Below, in pieces: positions 1-9,304 of a DNA stretch of 64,000 bases. Below the pieces are notes generated by a model that saw only the letters and a program-made list of their open reading frames with translations, had not been told where the DNA came from and made no database searches. Location of the stretch: the IMG/VR virus record IMGVR_UViG_3300045988_113168; one strand, written 5' to 3'. The position numbers and the translations under genes are program-made. How positions within the stretch are numbered: the stretch's first letter is position 1; each line of letters begins with the position of its first letter. Source of the DNA: a virus.

Positions 1-1557
1 GGTCTAACTTGGAAGGATGTTGACATCAACCATCTCGACCTAAACGATAAGGCAGTCTACGACGCAGTTTATAAGTCTGGACACACAATTGGTATTTTTC
101 AGATGGAGTCTGCTGAAGCTCGAAAGATGTGTGTTGAAGCAAAATGTGACAACGCCGAGGATATCATTGTTGTGAATGCAGCAAACCGCCCTGGTACTAA
201 GGACAGCTTCCCGACGTATTGTTCCAATAAGCTTTACCCAGAAACTATCAAACTACTTCATCCTGATATCAAACAGCTTTTTGCCAAGACTCAGTACATT
301 CTTCTTTATCAGGAACAGGCTCTGGCAGTATTTCGTTATGCAGGATTCCCTGAAACTGAGGTTGACAATGCTCGTCGTGCAATTGGTAAGAAAAAGAAAG
401 ATGTTATGGCATCCTTGGAGGTCCAGTTTAGAGATGGTCTTCACAAAAAAGGATGGAACGATTATCAGATCTCTGAGATGTGGGCATTGATCTTGAAACA
501 GGCTTCTTATTCCTTCAACCGGGGCCACGCAGTTGCTTATGGACTTCTTTCTTACCTGACAGCATACCTGAAGACTCATTATACTGAGTATTTCATGGCT
601 GCGTGTATGATTACTAAAGAAGATGATTCTGGCAAAATGGGTGTGTTCATCAATGAATGTGACCGTCTACATATTCGGGTCCTTCCTCCAAGTGTTAACA
701 AGTCTGATATGGAATTTAAGGCCGATGCAGAAAAGCACACAATTCTGTTTGGCTTGAAAGCCATTAAAGGAATGGGTGAGAGTGTCGCATCAGGGGTGAT
801 TGCAGACCGTCCATATTCTGGATTGGCAGACTTTGTTCAGAGAGCAAACGGTGGCAAGATTGGCACTTCAAACGTTGTCAAGTTGATTAAGGCGGGAGCT
901 ATTCCAACAAAAGACAAGAGAAAAATCTTAATCACTTTTGCAAATATGGTTTTTGAGAACGAGTATAAAGAGAAAGGTTTCCACGAAATGGCATCTCTCC
1001 CCAAGATCTCTATTCTCAAAGATGAATACGGAATTGACACAGATTCTATTAAAGACAAACCTACCAGACTCGCCTTATATAATAAGGTAAGAAGGGAGCG
1101 CTGGGAAGCGGACTCATGGAATCGGAAGAAAGAAAAAGACAAAAAGCGGAATGCCTTTATGCAGGCGTTTGCTGAAAAGTATATGCAAGACGAGCACATG
1201 TGGGAATTTGAAACCCTTTCAATGTTCTTGACTAGCAATCCCATTAAGGATGCTTGCACCTATATTGATGCTGGTCTTGATACTGTAGAGGATGGCGGTA
1301 AGGCAACTGTTATTTGTGTCATCGTAGATATCCAAAAAAAGAAGGATAAACGTGGCAACCAGTTTGCATACTTACATGTTTACACGACAGGTGGTATTGT
1401 CGAAATGATTTGTTGGGCATCTCAGTATGCACGATATTCAAGTCTGATTTCAAAGGGTAGCGATCTTGCAATCCTTTGCAAGAGAAAAGAAAATTCGTAC
1501 ATTGTTGAGAAGATGAAGCCATACAAGCAGTGGCTGCGAGATAGAGAGATAGCGTAA
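1..1557 (+). CDS. dnaE: DNA polymerase III alpha subunit (DnaE-like), C-terminal part; 5' end outside window
   Basis: Frame 1 is open from nt 1. It contains GIFQMES and FNRGHAVAYG motifs typical of Pol III alpha and an OB-like C-terminus. TAA stop at 1555-1557. Confidence 0.85.
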   Translation, partial: GLTWKDVDINHLDLNDKAVYDAVYKSGHTIGIFQMESAEARKMCVEAKCDNAEDIIVVNAANRPGTKDSFPTYCSNKLYPETIKLLHPDIKQLFAKTQYILLYQEQALAVFRYAGFPETEVDNARRAIGKKKKDVMASLEVQFRDGLHKKGWNDYQISEMWALILKQASYSFNRGHAVAYGLLSYLTAYLKTHYTEYFMAACMITKEDDSGKMGVFINECDRLHIRVLPPSVNKSDMEFKADAEKHTILFGLKAIKGMGESVASGVIADRPYSGLADFVQRANGGKIGTSNVVKLIKAGAIPTKDKRKILITFANMVFENEYKEKGFHEMASLPKISILKDEYGIDTDSIKDKPTRLALYNKVRRERWEADSWNRKKEKDKKRNAFMQAFAEKYMQDEHMWEFETLSMFLTSNPIKDACTYIDAGLDTVEDGGKATVICVIVDIQKKKDKRGNQFAYLHVYTTGGIVEMICWASQYARYSSLISKGSDLAILCKRKENSYIVEKMKPYKQWLRDREIA

Positions 1558-1569
1558 GAGGGTTGTAAA

Positions 1570-4500
1570 GTGGCAGATAAGAAATTTAATGAAAATATGA
1601 TCCGTTGTTACATCAGGATAAAACGAGTCTTTTATCCGAAAGATGGGAAGGAGGTGGAGCCCGGCGGCTTCGCCACTTTCTCTGCCGAGGTGGTAAAAGT
1701 CAAGCAGGGGAACCCCATTATGAGCCGATACAGTGACCTCCGACTGAAAGGCAACGTCCCTAGCCTTGATATGGATAAGACTTATTCGTTCTGTGGTGAG
1801 TATGTTCACCATGAAAAGTTTGGGGACCAGTATAAAATCGTCTATATGAACGAGTTCCAAGAGATTACTGACCCAGAAGAACAGAAAAGCTTTCTTCATT
1901 TTATCTTGACAGAACATCAGTTTGAGATGCTTTACGAAGCATTTGATAATCCGTATGAAATCATCAAGAACGGTGATATCAAGTCTCTTTGCACTGTTAG
2001 TGGTATCACAGAAGGTCGAGCACAGAAAATTATCGATGCCTTTGAAAATAACATTGATAACAGCGAAGCATACACGAAGCTGATTGAGTATGGTTTGACT
2101 CCAAGTGCAATCGGAAAACTTGTTCATCAATATCACGGTGCAGACACTCTTGTGAAGAAAATTGAAGAGAATCCTTATGTTCTGATTGACGATGTATATG
2201 GGATTGGATGGAAGAAAGCTGACGCTCTTGCTTTGAATATGGGATTGAAGCCAAACTCTCAGTTCCGAATTGAAGCTTACGTCATGCATTTTCTTGCTGA
2301 TCGTGCCGAAGAAGGCAATTCTATCATCCCGGCAAACCAGACAATCAATAGTTGCATTAAGGAACTTGGCTTGGATGAGGGTGACCAAGAGGTTATCAAG
2401 AGAGCACTTTTCCATCTGCACGATGTCCGTGAAACGCTTTGGTGGAGTGATGATCGTCAGGAATTTGCTTTGACCAGAGTGTGGAATCTGGAAAATGAGA
2501 TTGCAAAGGAAATCAAGCGTCTGGCAGATGCACCTGTCGAGCCGATTGGTCGAAATATGGATGCTGCAATCGACGAGGCGGAACGTGCTCTCGGCATCGA
2601 GTACACTGAGGAGCAGAGAGATGCTATTAAAAAGGTATGCTCTAGTAATGTCTGTATCTTGACAGGCTACGGCGGATGCCTCGATGCAGAGATGGAGTTC
2701 TTTAATGGTGTCCAATGGAAAAAAATAAAAGATTATGTTAAGGGCGACAAAGTTCTTCAATATAATGAAAATGGGACTACAACGCTTGTTGAGCCTGAGA
2801 AATATGTAAAATTCAAATGTGAATATCTATATCACATGAAAAACAAGTCGGGTAGTATCAATCAACTATTGAGTGCAGAGCATAATGTTGTTTACTTGAC
2901 CAGTAAAAACAATTTAGCTAAAATCCCAATGTGGGAGTTGTATCAAAGAAATGTTAAACGAAAGTCTGGGTTTAACGGACATTTTATAACAACGTTCAAT
3001 TATGATGGCCCAGGAATCGATTTGAGCGATGCTGATATTAGACTAATGTGTGCTGTTATTTGCGATGGATCGTTTTTGAAGGATCATAAATCAGCTTGGT
3101 GTAGAGTAAACGTAAAAAAAGAGCGAAAGAAACTTCGCATGAGAAGACTTCTTTCGGAAAGTGGTAGATACTTTGATGAGCATCAGTGGAATCCAAAAGA
3201 CTTGGAATATTCGAACTTTGTCTTTTACGCTCCAAGAAAAGAAAAAAGATTTACTTCGTATTGGTATAACTGTAATCATCATCAGCTAGAGGTGATTTGC
3301 GATGAGATTCTAAATTGGGACGGCCATGTGAAAGAGGGGAGACGGAAAGATTTTAGTACACTGATTAAAGAAACGGCAGATTTTATTCAGTTCGCATTTT
3401 CTTCTTGTGGTTATCGTTCTGTTGTATATGAATCAAATATTGAACGGCACGGTAAAATGGTCAAAGAGTATAATGTTCATATTGTGCAACACTCGAATGG
3501 AAAAGTTTCTCTTATGACAAAAGGCAGTAAAAGCGATATTGATATTGTTCGTTCAAGCGATGGATATAAGTATTGTTTTACTGTTCCGTCTCATATGTTT
3601 CTGACAAGATATAATGGAAGAATTTGTGTCACAGGCAACACTGGTAAAAGTACCGTTGTCGCTGGTGTCCTAAAGGTTCTTCGTGGTAAGTCTTTTGCAC
3701 AGACTGCACTCTCTGGCCGTGCTGCCGCTCGTATGCAGGAGATTACTGGTCAGGATGGAAAGACGATTCATCGACTCCTTGGATATGACATCGAGAACGG
3801 TGGGTTTGTTCACGATAAAGACAATCCTCTGGATGAAGATATCATCATTCTGGATGAGACCTCCATGGTTGGAGCTCAGTTGTTCTATGACTTGATTCAG
3901 GCTATCGAGACCGGAAAGCGATTCATCATGATTGGCGATGACGGACAGCTTGAGAGTATCGGTATGTGCAACATCTTCAAGGATATGCTTGCATCCAAGG
4001 TTGTTCCGGTTGCTCGCTTGACTAAGATTCACCGTCAGGCTGCTAAGTCAGCGATTATCACTGAGAGTATCAAGGTTCGTAATGCCACGCAGTTGGTTCC
4101 TTACGGTTGGGCTGGTAATGAGATTCGTGGCGAGCTGCGTGATTTGGAGCTTGATATCTATAAGGATGCAGGCGAGTCATTTAGCCATATCATCAATCAG
4201 TATCGTACCTTATATAATAAGGTAGGGAACGATAGTGCAAAGATTCAAATCGTACTTCCACAGAAGCTCCGTGGCAGCATCTGCACCTACGAGGTCAATA
4301 ATGCCATTCAAGAAATTGTAAATCCGAGTCGTGGTCAGACCGAAGCGAAGATCTCCATCTATGGTGATGGCAAGGACAGAGTATACACTCTGCGTGAGGG
4401 CGATCAGGTCATTATCAATAAGAATAACTATGAACTTCATACATACAATCTCAAGACAAAGAAAAAGGAAGATAAGTGTCCGGTGTTTAACGGCAACCGT

Positions 4501-4863
4501 GGCATCATTCGAAAGATTGAAGGCAGTTTTATTCTGGTTGATTTTGACCAGTGGGGCACGATCTTCATTCCTCATTATTTTGGTGGGAACAACATCTGGG
4601 CAACACTTGAACTCGCTTATGCTTTGAGTTGTCATAAACTGCAAGGTAGCGAAGCTCCGTATGTGATTGTCGGCATGGATAACTCTGCATACTTGATGTT
4701 GACGAGGGAATGGCTTTATACGGCCATCACTCGTGCTAAGAAGTATTGTGTGATTTGTGCTGAAACTCATGCTCTTGATCGGGCGGTAAAGACTTCGAGA
4801 GTTCCATACAAGCGGACGTTCTTGAAGGAATTTTTACGGAAAGAATTTTCAGAAAAGCATTGA
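1570..4863 (+). CDS. RecD2-like SF1 helicase/exonuclease V alpha-type ATPase, interrupted by an intein
   Basis: GTG start after GAGGG. Helicase motifs present: IILDETSMV (Walker B), IMIGDDGQLESIG, LTKIHRQ, CHKLQGSEAPYVIV, LYTAITRAKK. Walker A is only restored after removing residues 370-690 (GYGG|TGKST). Confidence 0.9.
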   Translation: MADKKFNENMIRCYIRIKRVFYPKDGKEVEPGGFATFSAEVVKVKQGNPIMSRYSDLRLKGNVPSLDMDKTYSFCGEYVHHEKFGDQYKIVYMNEFQEITDPEEQKSFLHFILTEHQFEMLYEAFDNPYEIIKNGDIKSLCTVSGITEGRAQKIIDAFENNIDNSEAYTKLIEYGLTPSAIGKLVHQYHGADTLVKKIEENPYVLIDDVYGIGWKKADALALNMGLKPNSQFRIEAYVMHFLADRAEEGNSIIPANQTINSCIKELGLDEGDQEVIKRALFHLHDVRETLWWSDDRQEFALTRVWNLENEIAKEIKRLADAPVEPIGRNMDAAIDEAERALGIEYTEEQRDAIKKVCSSNVCILTGYGGCLDAEMEFFNGVQWKKIKDYVKGDKVLQYNENGTTTLVEPEKYVKFKCEYLYHMKNKSGSINQLLSAEHNVVYLTSKNNLAKIPMWELYQRNVKRKSGFNGHFITTFNYDGPGIDLSDADIRLMCAVICDGSFLKDHKSAWCRVNVKKERKKLRMRRLLSESGRYFDEHQWNPKDLEYSNFVFYAPRKEKRFTSYWYNCNHHQLEVICDEILNWDGHVKEGRRKDFSTLIKETADFIQFAFSSCGYRSVVYESNIERHGKMVKEYNVHIVQHSNGKVSLMTKGSKSDIDIVRSSDGYKYCFTVPSHMFLTRYNGRICVTGNTGKSTVVAGVLKVLRGKSFAQTALSGRAAARMQEITGQDGKTIHRLLGYDIENGGFVHDKDNPLDEDIIILDETSMVGAQLFYDLIQAIETGKRFIMIGDDGQLESIGMCNIFKDMLASKVVPVARLTKIHRQAAKSAIITESIKVRNATQLVPYGWAGNEIRGELRDLELDIYKDAGESFSHIINQYRTLYNKVGNDSAKIQIVLPQKLRGSICTYEVNNAIQEIVNPSRGQTEAKISIYGDGKDRVYTLREGDQVIINKNNYELHTYNLKTKKKEDKCPVFNGNRGIIRKIEGSFILVDFDQWGTIFIPHYFGGNNIWATLELAYALSCHKLQGSEAPYVIVGMDNSAYLMLTREWLYTAITRAKKYCVICAETHALDRAVKTSRVPYKRTFLKEFLRKEFSEKH
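2677..3639 (+). mobile_element. Intein (321 aa) with LAGLIDADG-like homing-endonuclease region, inserted in the helicase P-loop
   Basis: Starts with Cys (CLDAEMEFF). Block B-like SAEHNVVY. LAGLIDADG-like LMCAVICDGSF. Ends ...RICVTGN followed by Thr. Flanking exteins join to GYGGTGKST. Confidence 0.8.
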
Positions 4864-4888
4864 CAATTATATGAGTATCCTGTATAAT
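4860..4888 (+). promoter_or_regulatory. Consensus sigma-70/sigma-A type promoter
   Basis: TTGACA (4860-4865), 17-nt spacer, TATAAT (4883-4888) with TG just upstream. The -35 overlaps the helicase stop codon. Confidence 0.6.
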
Positions 4889-4895
4889 ATAGCTA
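4875..4895. repeat. Copy A (inverted orientation) of a 21-bp motif, GTATCCTGTATAATATAGCTA
   Basis: 20/21 match to the reverse complement of copy B. Overlaps the -10 of the promoter. Confidence 0.7.
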
Positions 4896-4933
4896 TAAAA
4901 AGTCTCCACCTCGGAGGCTTAAAATTCTCTCTT

Positions 4934-4954
4934 TAGCTATATAATACAGGATAC
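4934..4954. repeat. Copy B of the 21-bp motif, TAGCTATATAATACAGGATAC
   Basis: Inverted partner of copy A, with a 38-bp spacer containing hairpin 4900-4920. Confidence 0.7.
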
Positions 4955-4965
4955 GAGGAAGAAAT

Positions 4966-4997
4966 GGCTTGCTCGTAATGGCAAGCCTTTCTTTATT
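4966..4997 (+). terminator. Rho-independent terminator
   Basis: GGCTTGC / GCAAGCC 7-bp stem followed by TTTCTTTATT. Confidence 0.6.
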
Positions 4998-5002
4998 CAT
5001 TA

Positions 5003-5023
5003 TAACTATATAACACAGGATAC
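5003..5023. repeat. Copy C of the 21-bp motif, TAACTATATAACACAGGATAC
   Basis: 19/21 identical to copy B, in direct orientation, 14 nt upstream of the ligase ATG. Confidence 0.65.
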
Positions 5024-5036
5024 GCAAGGAGGCTTT

Positions 5037-6368
5037 ATGACAGATAAGGAACTCATAGGTAAACTCGATGCGATGGTAAAGGCATTGCAGAGCACGAAGA
5101 AGAAGACAGACAAGACCCGCATTTTGCTGGATGCACGAAAGGATTTTGGTGCTGAAGCTGACGAGCTGATGGCATTCTTCCGATTCTTGCTTGATCCGAC
5201 AATCGTAACTGGCCTGTCGGATACGAAAATCAATAAGCAGGTGAGTACCAAGCCTGAGATTGATATCCAGTATCTCAGCTGTGGATACCTTTATATTATG
5301 GGTGCTGGTCACAATACAGGATCTGACGCATCCATAGCAACAATCCAGAACTATTTACATAAAAATCCTGAGCACAAAGAGTTTCTAAAGCGGCTGTTTA
5401 CCAAGAATCTGCCGATTGGTGTGGAAGCTGCTACTATCAATAAGGTATACGGCGAGGAAATTATTCCTGTCTGGGAAGTTCAGCAGGGATACCCAATTGA
5501 TAAGGTGAAGTTGAAACCCGGCATCTGGTTCAGTCTGAGCCAGAAGATGAACGGCAATAGGGGCACAATGTATCGTGGAGATTTAATTTCTCGTCAAGCG
5601 CAGAAGTTTGAAGGACTCGACCATATTAAGAATGATCTGCTCGCTCTATATGATGGAGGTGTGGAGAGGCGAGATTCTTTGGTGTTTGATGGCGAACTCA
5701 TTTATAAGAACCCTGAAGGAATGTCGGACGGAGAGGCGTTTCGTTTCGGCACTGGCCTACTTAATTCTGACAGCAAGAACAAGACTGGAATTAAATTTGT
5801 GATTTTTGATGTAATTCCTGTTGTAGAGTTTGACTGTGGAAAGTGTGCTGTCCAGTATCAAACCCGCCGGAAATGGCTAAATTGTCTTCGTGCGGAGATT
5901 GCTCGTAAGAATCTTGAAAACATCGAAATTGTTCCAATGGTATACGAAGGTACTGACCAGAGTGTGATTCCGAAGTGGCTTGATTATGCTGTGGCACATG
6001 ATTGGGAGGGTTTGATGTTGAACACCAATGTTCCTTATCAGCGTAAGCGTCATACTGGTTGTCTTAAAATCAAGCGTTTCTACACGGTTGACCTCCGCAT
6101 TACTGCAATCGAGGAAGGACAGAATCGGCTGGCTGGTACGATGGGTGCCCTAGTTGTGGACTACAAGGGCAACGAACTTCGAGTGGGCTCTGGATTTGAT
6201 GACGCAACGAGAGCTGCCGTGTGGGCAAATCCTGATGATTATATCGGAAAAATTGTGGAGTGTAAGTATAAAGAGGTCACGATGGACAAAAAGACCGGCC
6301 TTGAGTCCCTGCAATTCCCGACCTTTGTAAGATTTAGAGATGACAAGAATGAGGTGTCTTATGGCTGA
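5037..6368 (+). CDS. ATP-dependent DNA ligase
   Basis: RBS AAGGAGG. Motif I-like SQKMNGNRG, motif III FDGELI, motif IV EGLMLN, motif V LKIKR. Confidence 0.8.
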   Translation: MTDKELIGKLDAMVKALQSTKKKTDKTRILLDARKDFGAEADELMAFFRFLLDPTIVTGLSDTKINKQVSTKPEIDIQYLSCGYLYIMGAGHNTGSDASIATIQNYLHKNPEHKEFLKRLFTKNLPIGVEAATINKVYGEEIIPVWEVQQGYPIDKVKLKPGIWFSLSQKMNGNRGTMYRGDLISRQAQKFEGLDHIKNDLLALYDGGVERRDSLVFDGELIYKNPEGMSDGEAFRFGTGLLNSDSKNKTGIKFVIFDVIPVVEFDCGKCAVQYQTRRKWLNCLRAEIARKNLENIEIVPMVYEGTDQSVIPKWLDYAVAHDWEGLMLNTNVPYQRKRHTGCLKIKRFYTVDLRITAIEEGQNRLAGTMGALVVDYKGNELRVGSGFDDATRAAVWANPDDYIGKIVECKYKEVTMDKKTGLESLQFPTFVRFRDDKNEVSYG

Positions 6369-6708
6369 TGTTAGATTGATTGACTCAAATAAGGCTGAAA
6401 AGGAATTTGAATCTTGCTTAAATCTTCTTTGTAAAAATCCTATAACAAGTAACACGTATGAAATGAGTTTTAGTAGGCAGATTTGTAACGCAGCTTTACG
6501 AACTTTGCGGAACACTCCAACTATCGACCCGGAAGCGTTGCGGCCGGTGGCACACTGGGAGGAAATTCCAGGCTCCTATGTGAGCTGTGCCGGGAAAAAC
6601 TCATGGTGTGAACCAGCAACTCGTTGCTCGAACCCAGAATGTAGAGAGGTGAATCCGTGTGGCCTCAAAACGCCATTTTGCCCGATGTGTGGAGCAAAGA
6701 TGGAGTGA
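6361..6708 (+). CDS. Hypothetical protein with C-terminal zinc-ribbon-like CxxC pair
   Basis: ATG overlaps the ligase stop (ATGGCTGA). The protein ends ...CSNPECREV...CPMCGAKME. Confidence 0.5.
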   Translation: MADVRLIDSNKAEKEFESCLNLLCKNPITSNTYEMSFSRQICNAALRTLRNTPTIDPEALRPVAHWEEIPGSYVSCAGKNSWCEPATRCSNPECREVNPCGLKTPFCPMCGAKME

Positions 6709-6711
6709 ATC

Positions 6712-7011
6712 ATGCCTAAAAATAAGTTAAAAGATTCCTTTCATTGGATGGGCAAAAATGGGCAAGAATGCAATGTAGATTTGTCATCCAAGCTTATAAG
6801 CCGTTATATCAATGAAGTTAAGAACAATCTCAAGAAGACTCCAAAAGGAGAAGGGAATTTTTGCTATGTTGCTGGCAAAGAGGTACTTGTCATTGGAGTG
6901 GTTAACGAAGAGGGCGAACGGTTCATCTTCGTGGCAAGAGATTACTGGGAAGCGGATTACATTCCGGGATGTGGATGGATGAAAGTGGAGGATGAAGATG
7001 AATCTTTCTAA
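6712..7011 (+). CDS. Hypothetical protein
   Basis: 99-aa ORF, tightly packed in the co-directional early operon. Confidence 0.5.
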   Translation: MPKNKLKDSFHWMGKNGQECNVDLSSKLISRYINEVKNNLKKTPKGEGNFCYVAGKEVLVIGVVNEEGERFIFVARDYWEADYIPGCGWMKVEDEDESF

Positions 7012-7270
7012 AAAGACAATCAAGCACATTCTTCGGATTCTGGATAACAAATGTATCGAGGTGCCTACAAAGGCATTCGCTTATAGCAGTGACGGACGCA
7101 GAATTTTGACTCGTGATTTTGAGCCAAAGGAGTCACACGGAATGAATGACTGGCAACGAATCGTCTATGTACCGTCTGATGGATATTTCTACGGAATTTA
7201 CAACGGAAAATCGGAAGAAGAATGGGACATTCCAGATATCTTGTCTCCTGCCCAGCTTGCTAATTTGTGA
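6992..7270 (+). CDS. Hypothetical protein (paralogue of 7771-8109)
   Basis: Shares the N-terminal SKKT.K...I and C-terminal SPAQL.N signatures with 7771-8109. Confidence 0.5.
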   Translation: MKMNLSKKTIKHILRILDNKCIEVPTKAFAYSSDGRRILTRDFEPKESHGMNDWQRIVYVPSDGYFYGIYNGKSEEEWDIPDILSPAQLANL

Positions 7271-7279
7271 GGTTTTGTA

Positions 7280-7504
7280 ATGTTTATCTTGACGCAGTAT
7301 CAAACCGGAGTTGTTGATACCAGTAAATGTTTTGGAATCCATATTGTAGATGAATCAACAGTAATCAGAGCGTATACCTTTGGTGAAAATGTGTGGATGA
7401 AACTGGGTAAATATAAAACAGTAGAACGAGCAAAAGAAGTAATTCAAAAGATTAACATCGCTCTTTGCGAGAGTCGTGTTGGTTTTGTAATGCCGGAGGA
7501 ATAA
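7280..7504 (+). CDS. Hypothetical protein (tandem paralogue of 7506-7718)
   Basis: M.[IL]LTQ start and ...MP[EK] end are shared with the next ORF. Confidence 0.5.
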   Translation: MFILTQYQTGVVDTSKCFGIHIVDESTVIRAYTFGENVWMKLGKYKTVERAKEVIQKINIALCESRVGFVMPEE

Positions 7505-7505
7505 A

Positions 7506-7718
7506 ATGCTACTTTTAACGCAAGGCGGAGAAATTATAAATCTTGATCGCATGGCAATCATTGATACCGCAAGCCTTAATGTTTATGCAAGGCAGGGCAT
7601 GGGTGAGCGTGGAATTGTTCTTGGCAGCTATAACTCTGAGAGTAAATGCTACGATATTATCGCACGTATTTTTGATTGCTATCGAAAAAATGAGAAAGCA
7701 TACATAATGCCAAAATGA
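7506..7718 (+). CDS. Hypothetical protein (tandem paralogue of 7280-7504)
   Basis: 70-aa ORF starting 1 nt after the previous stop. Confidence 0.5.
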   Translation: MLLLTQGGEIINLDRMAIIDTASLNVYARQGMGERGIVLGSYNSESKCYDIIARIFDCYRKNEKAYIMPK

Positions 7719-7770
7719 ACGACTTCAGAGAGCTAACCGTCTCGAAGAAAGCAAAACAAGAAGGAATCAT

Positions 7771-8109
7771 ATGAGAAACATGTCAAAGAAAACTCGTAAA
7801 AAGGTTATGCAGATCATTAAGGCAAACTGCCATTTTGATAGTAAAGGGTATTGGTGGGGACCATATAAAAGTAGCCGTTTGTGGAAACCATATAAAAGTA
7901 GCCGAATGTCCGCAATTTGGGAGTACATTATAACGGAAGATCGCTTTGGTTTTAGCGAGTTTGCGGCAGTATATGAGGATTTGGAGGAGAAATTTTCTCC
8001 ATATTTCTATATTAACATTGTGTCTCCTGCACAGCTAACAAATCCACGTCTTCCAATCAATGTAAACAAACAGATTGTAAAGAAATTGGAAGAAGGCGGT
8101 TTTATTTGA
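7771..8109 (+). CDS. Hypothetical protein with internal 17-nt tandem repeat
   Basis: CCATATAAAAGTAGCCG occurs at 7861-7877 and 7888-7904, encoding PYKSSR twice. Confidence 0.5.
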   Translation: MRNMSKKTRKKVMQIIKANCHFDSKGYWWGPYKSSRLWKPYKSSRMSAIWEYIITEDRFGFSEFAAVYEDLEEKFSPYFYINIVSPAQLTNPRLPINVNKQIVKKLEEGGFI

Positions 8110-8345
8110 ATGACTTCCGAAAACTAGCCATCCCAAAGAAAGAACGACTTGAAGTTCAACTTACGGATGGCACAGAAGAACACAATATACTCTACATAAT
8201 TACATCTCTAGCCACTATTAAAGGTGCTGAGATTTTTAAAAATTTTCGTTTGTATTCTGTAGGCTCCGCCGGGGAGCTCAACTTATTAGAGAAGCAAGAC
8301 GGCGATCCCTACTTTGATAAGCTGAAAGGAACAGAATATGAGTAA
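8106..8345 (+). CDS. Hypothetical protein
   Basis: TTG start overlapping the previous stop (TTGA). 79 aa. Confidence 0.4.
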   Translation: MNDFRKLAIPKKERLEVQLTDGTEEHNILYIITSLATIKGAEIFKNFRLYSVGSAGELNLLEKQDGDPYFDKLKGTEYE

Positions 8346-8685
8346 TTCAATGAACCGAGAAGACCGGCGCAGAGAGCAGCGTAAAGCACGAATCCTTGCC
8401 CGGCGAATCAAGAAGGCTGGTGGACCCGACTTTCTGGCTGGAATGCCGGTTGAAGAGTGGGAACCCAAGATTGGTGATGTGGTCACTATTAAGGTAAAGA
8501 GGATTCAGGGTAAGAAAGATTTCTTCAAGATGAGTCCGCAATATCAGGACTTTATCAATAGCCTTGAGGACGGAAAGCCTTACAAGATTACCAGTACCGG
8601 CATGAAGGGTCAGGTCTACGGCATTGATGCACATCCTTATTTCCAGATTTGGAAGGGTGATATGGAACCCTACAAGGAGCCCTAA
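8338..8685 (+). CDS. Hypothetical protein, basic N-terminus
   Basis: 115-aa ORF overlapping both neighbours. N-terminus REDRRREQRKARILARRIKK. Confidence 0.5.
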   Translation: MSNSMNREDRRREQRKARILARRIKKAGGPDFLAGMPVEEWEPKIGDVVTIKVKRIQGKKDFFKMSPQYQDFINSLEDGKPYKITSTGMKGQVYGIDAHPYFQIWKGDMEPYKEP

Positions 8686-8945
8686 TGAAGCAGATGTACT
8701 TCAGGACGAACTATCATGCTTGTTATTGTGTGGAGTGCATGAATCAATTCATTTTAATGCAAAAAGGGTATTTTTATGATGTTATATGGGAGACGGATAC
8801 TTATTATCTTGTATGTACAGATAAAGGTGATCCATTTCCACAATTATTTAGCATCGTAAAAATTCTCAAAGAAGATCTCGAAGATGATGTGTATGTCGTG
8901 ACTGGTAAAAGCGAAAAACTTGAGGAAGGAGGTGGGGCGATATGA
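8685..8945 (+). CDS. Hypothetical protein
   Basis: 86-aa ORF. ATG overlaps the previous TAA (TAATG). Confidence 0.5.
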   Translation: MKQMYFRTNYHACYCVECMNQFILMQKGYFYDVIWETDTYYLVCTDKGDPFPQLFSIVKILKEDLEDDVYVVTGKSEKLEEGGGAI

Positions 8946-9145
8946 TTGGTATTGACCATCGTGAGCAGGGTCGTAAGGAACGAGCCCTTGCAGAATATTA
9001 TAGAACTTTGGCTCGATATCCTGTCGAGTGTGGAGAGCCGATTACATATCAGTTGTCAGAAGAGCAACTTAAACAGGTTCTCTGTGGAGAGGTTACTGTT
9101 GATGAGTTGATTGAAAGAGGTGAAGTAAATGAGAGACAGGATTAA
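8942..9145 (+). CDS. Hypothetical protein
   Basis: 67-aa ORF with an ATGA overlap with the previous gene. Confidence 0.5.
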   Translation: MIGIDHREQGRKERALAEYYRTLARYPVECGEPITYQLSEEQLKQVLCGEVTVDELIERGEVNERQD

Positions 9146-9146
9146 G

Positions 9147-9293
9147 ATGTGGATCGCTTTCATTAAGATTTTTAAGGATTATCTTATTGCGGTCGGAATC
9201 ATGATTGTGCTGTGGTTGCTGTTTTGCCTTATCAAATATGGGATTTCAGTATCCAATTTTCCAGATTGGTTTAAATTTGCACTTCTAAAGTGA
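9147..9293 (+). CDS. Small membrane protein (48 aa)
   Basis: Below the ORF-track cutoff. ATG at 9147, hydrophobic core IAVGIMIVLWLLFCLI, TGA at 9291. Confidence 0.4.
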   Translation: MWIAFIKIFKDYLIAVGIMIVLWLLFCLIKYGISVSNFPDWFKFALLK

Positions 9294-9304
9294 AGGAGGA
9301 TTAA

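Noticed and set aside
1450-2760. Long antisense ORFs overlapping large genes: 1450-2760(-), 9642-10190(-), 11864-12541(-), 13125-14138(-), 38640-39617(+), 40635-41612(+), 41844-43151(+), 52265-52702(+).
   Set aside because: These are shadow ORFs opposite genes with clear motifs. They have no RBS, odd composition (Ile/Leu/Cys/Ser-rich), and no room in the operon structure.
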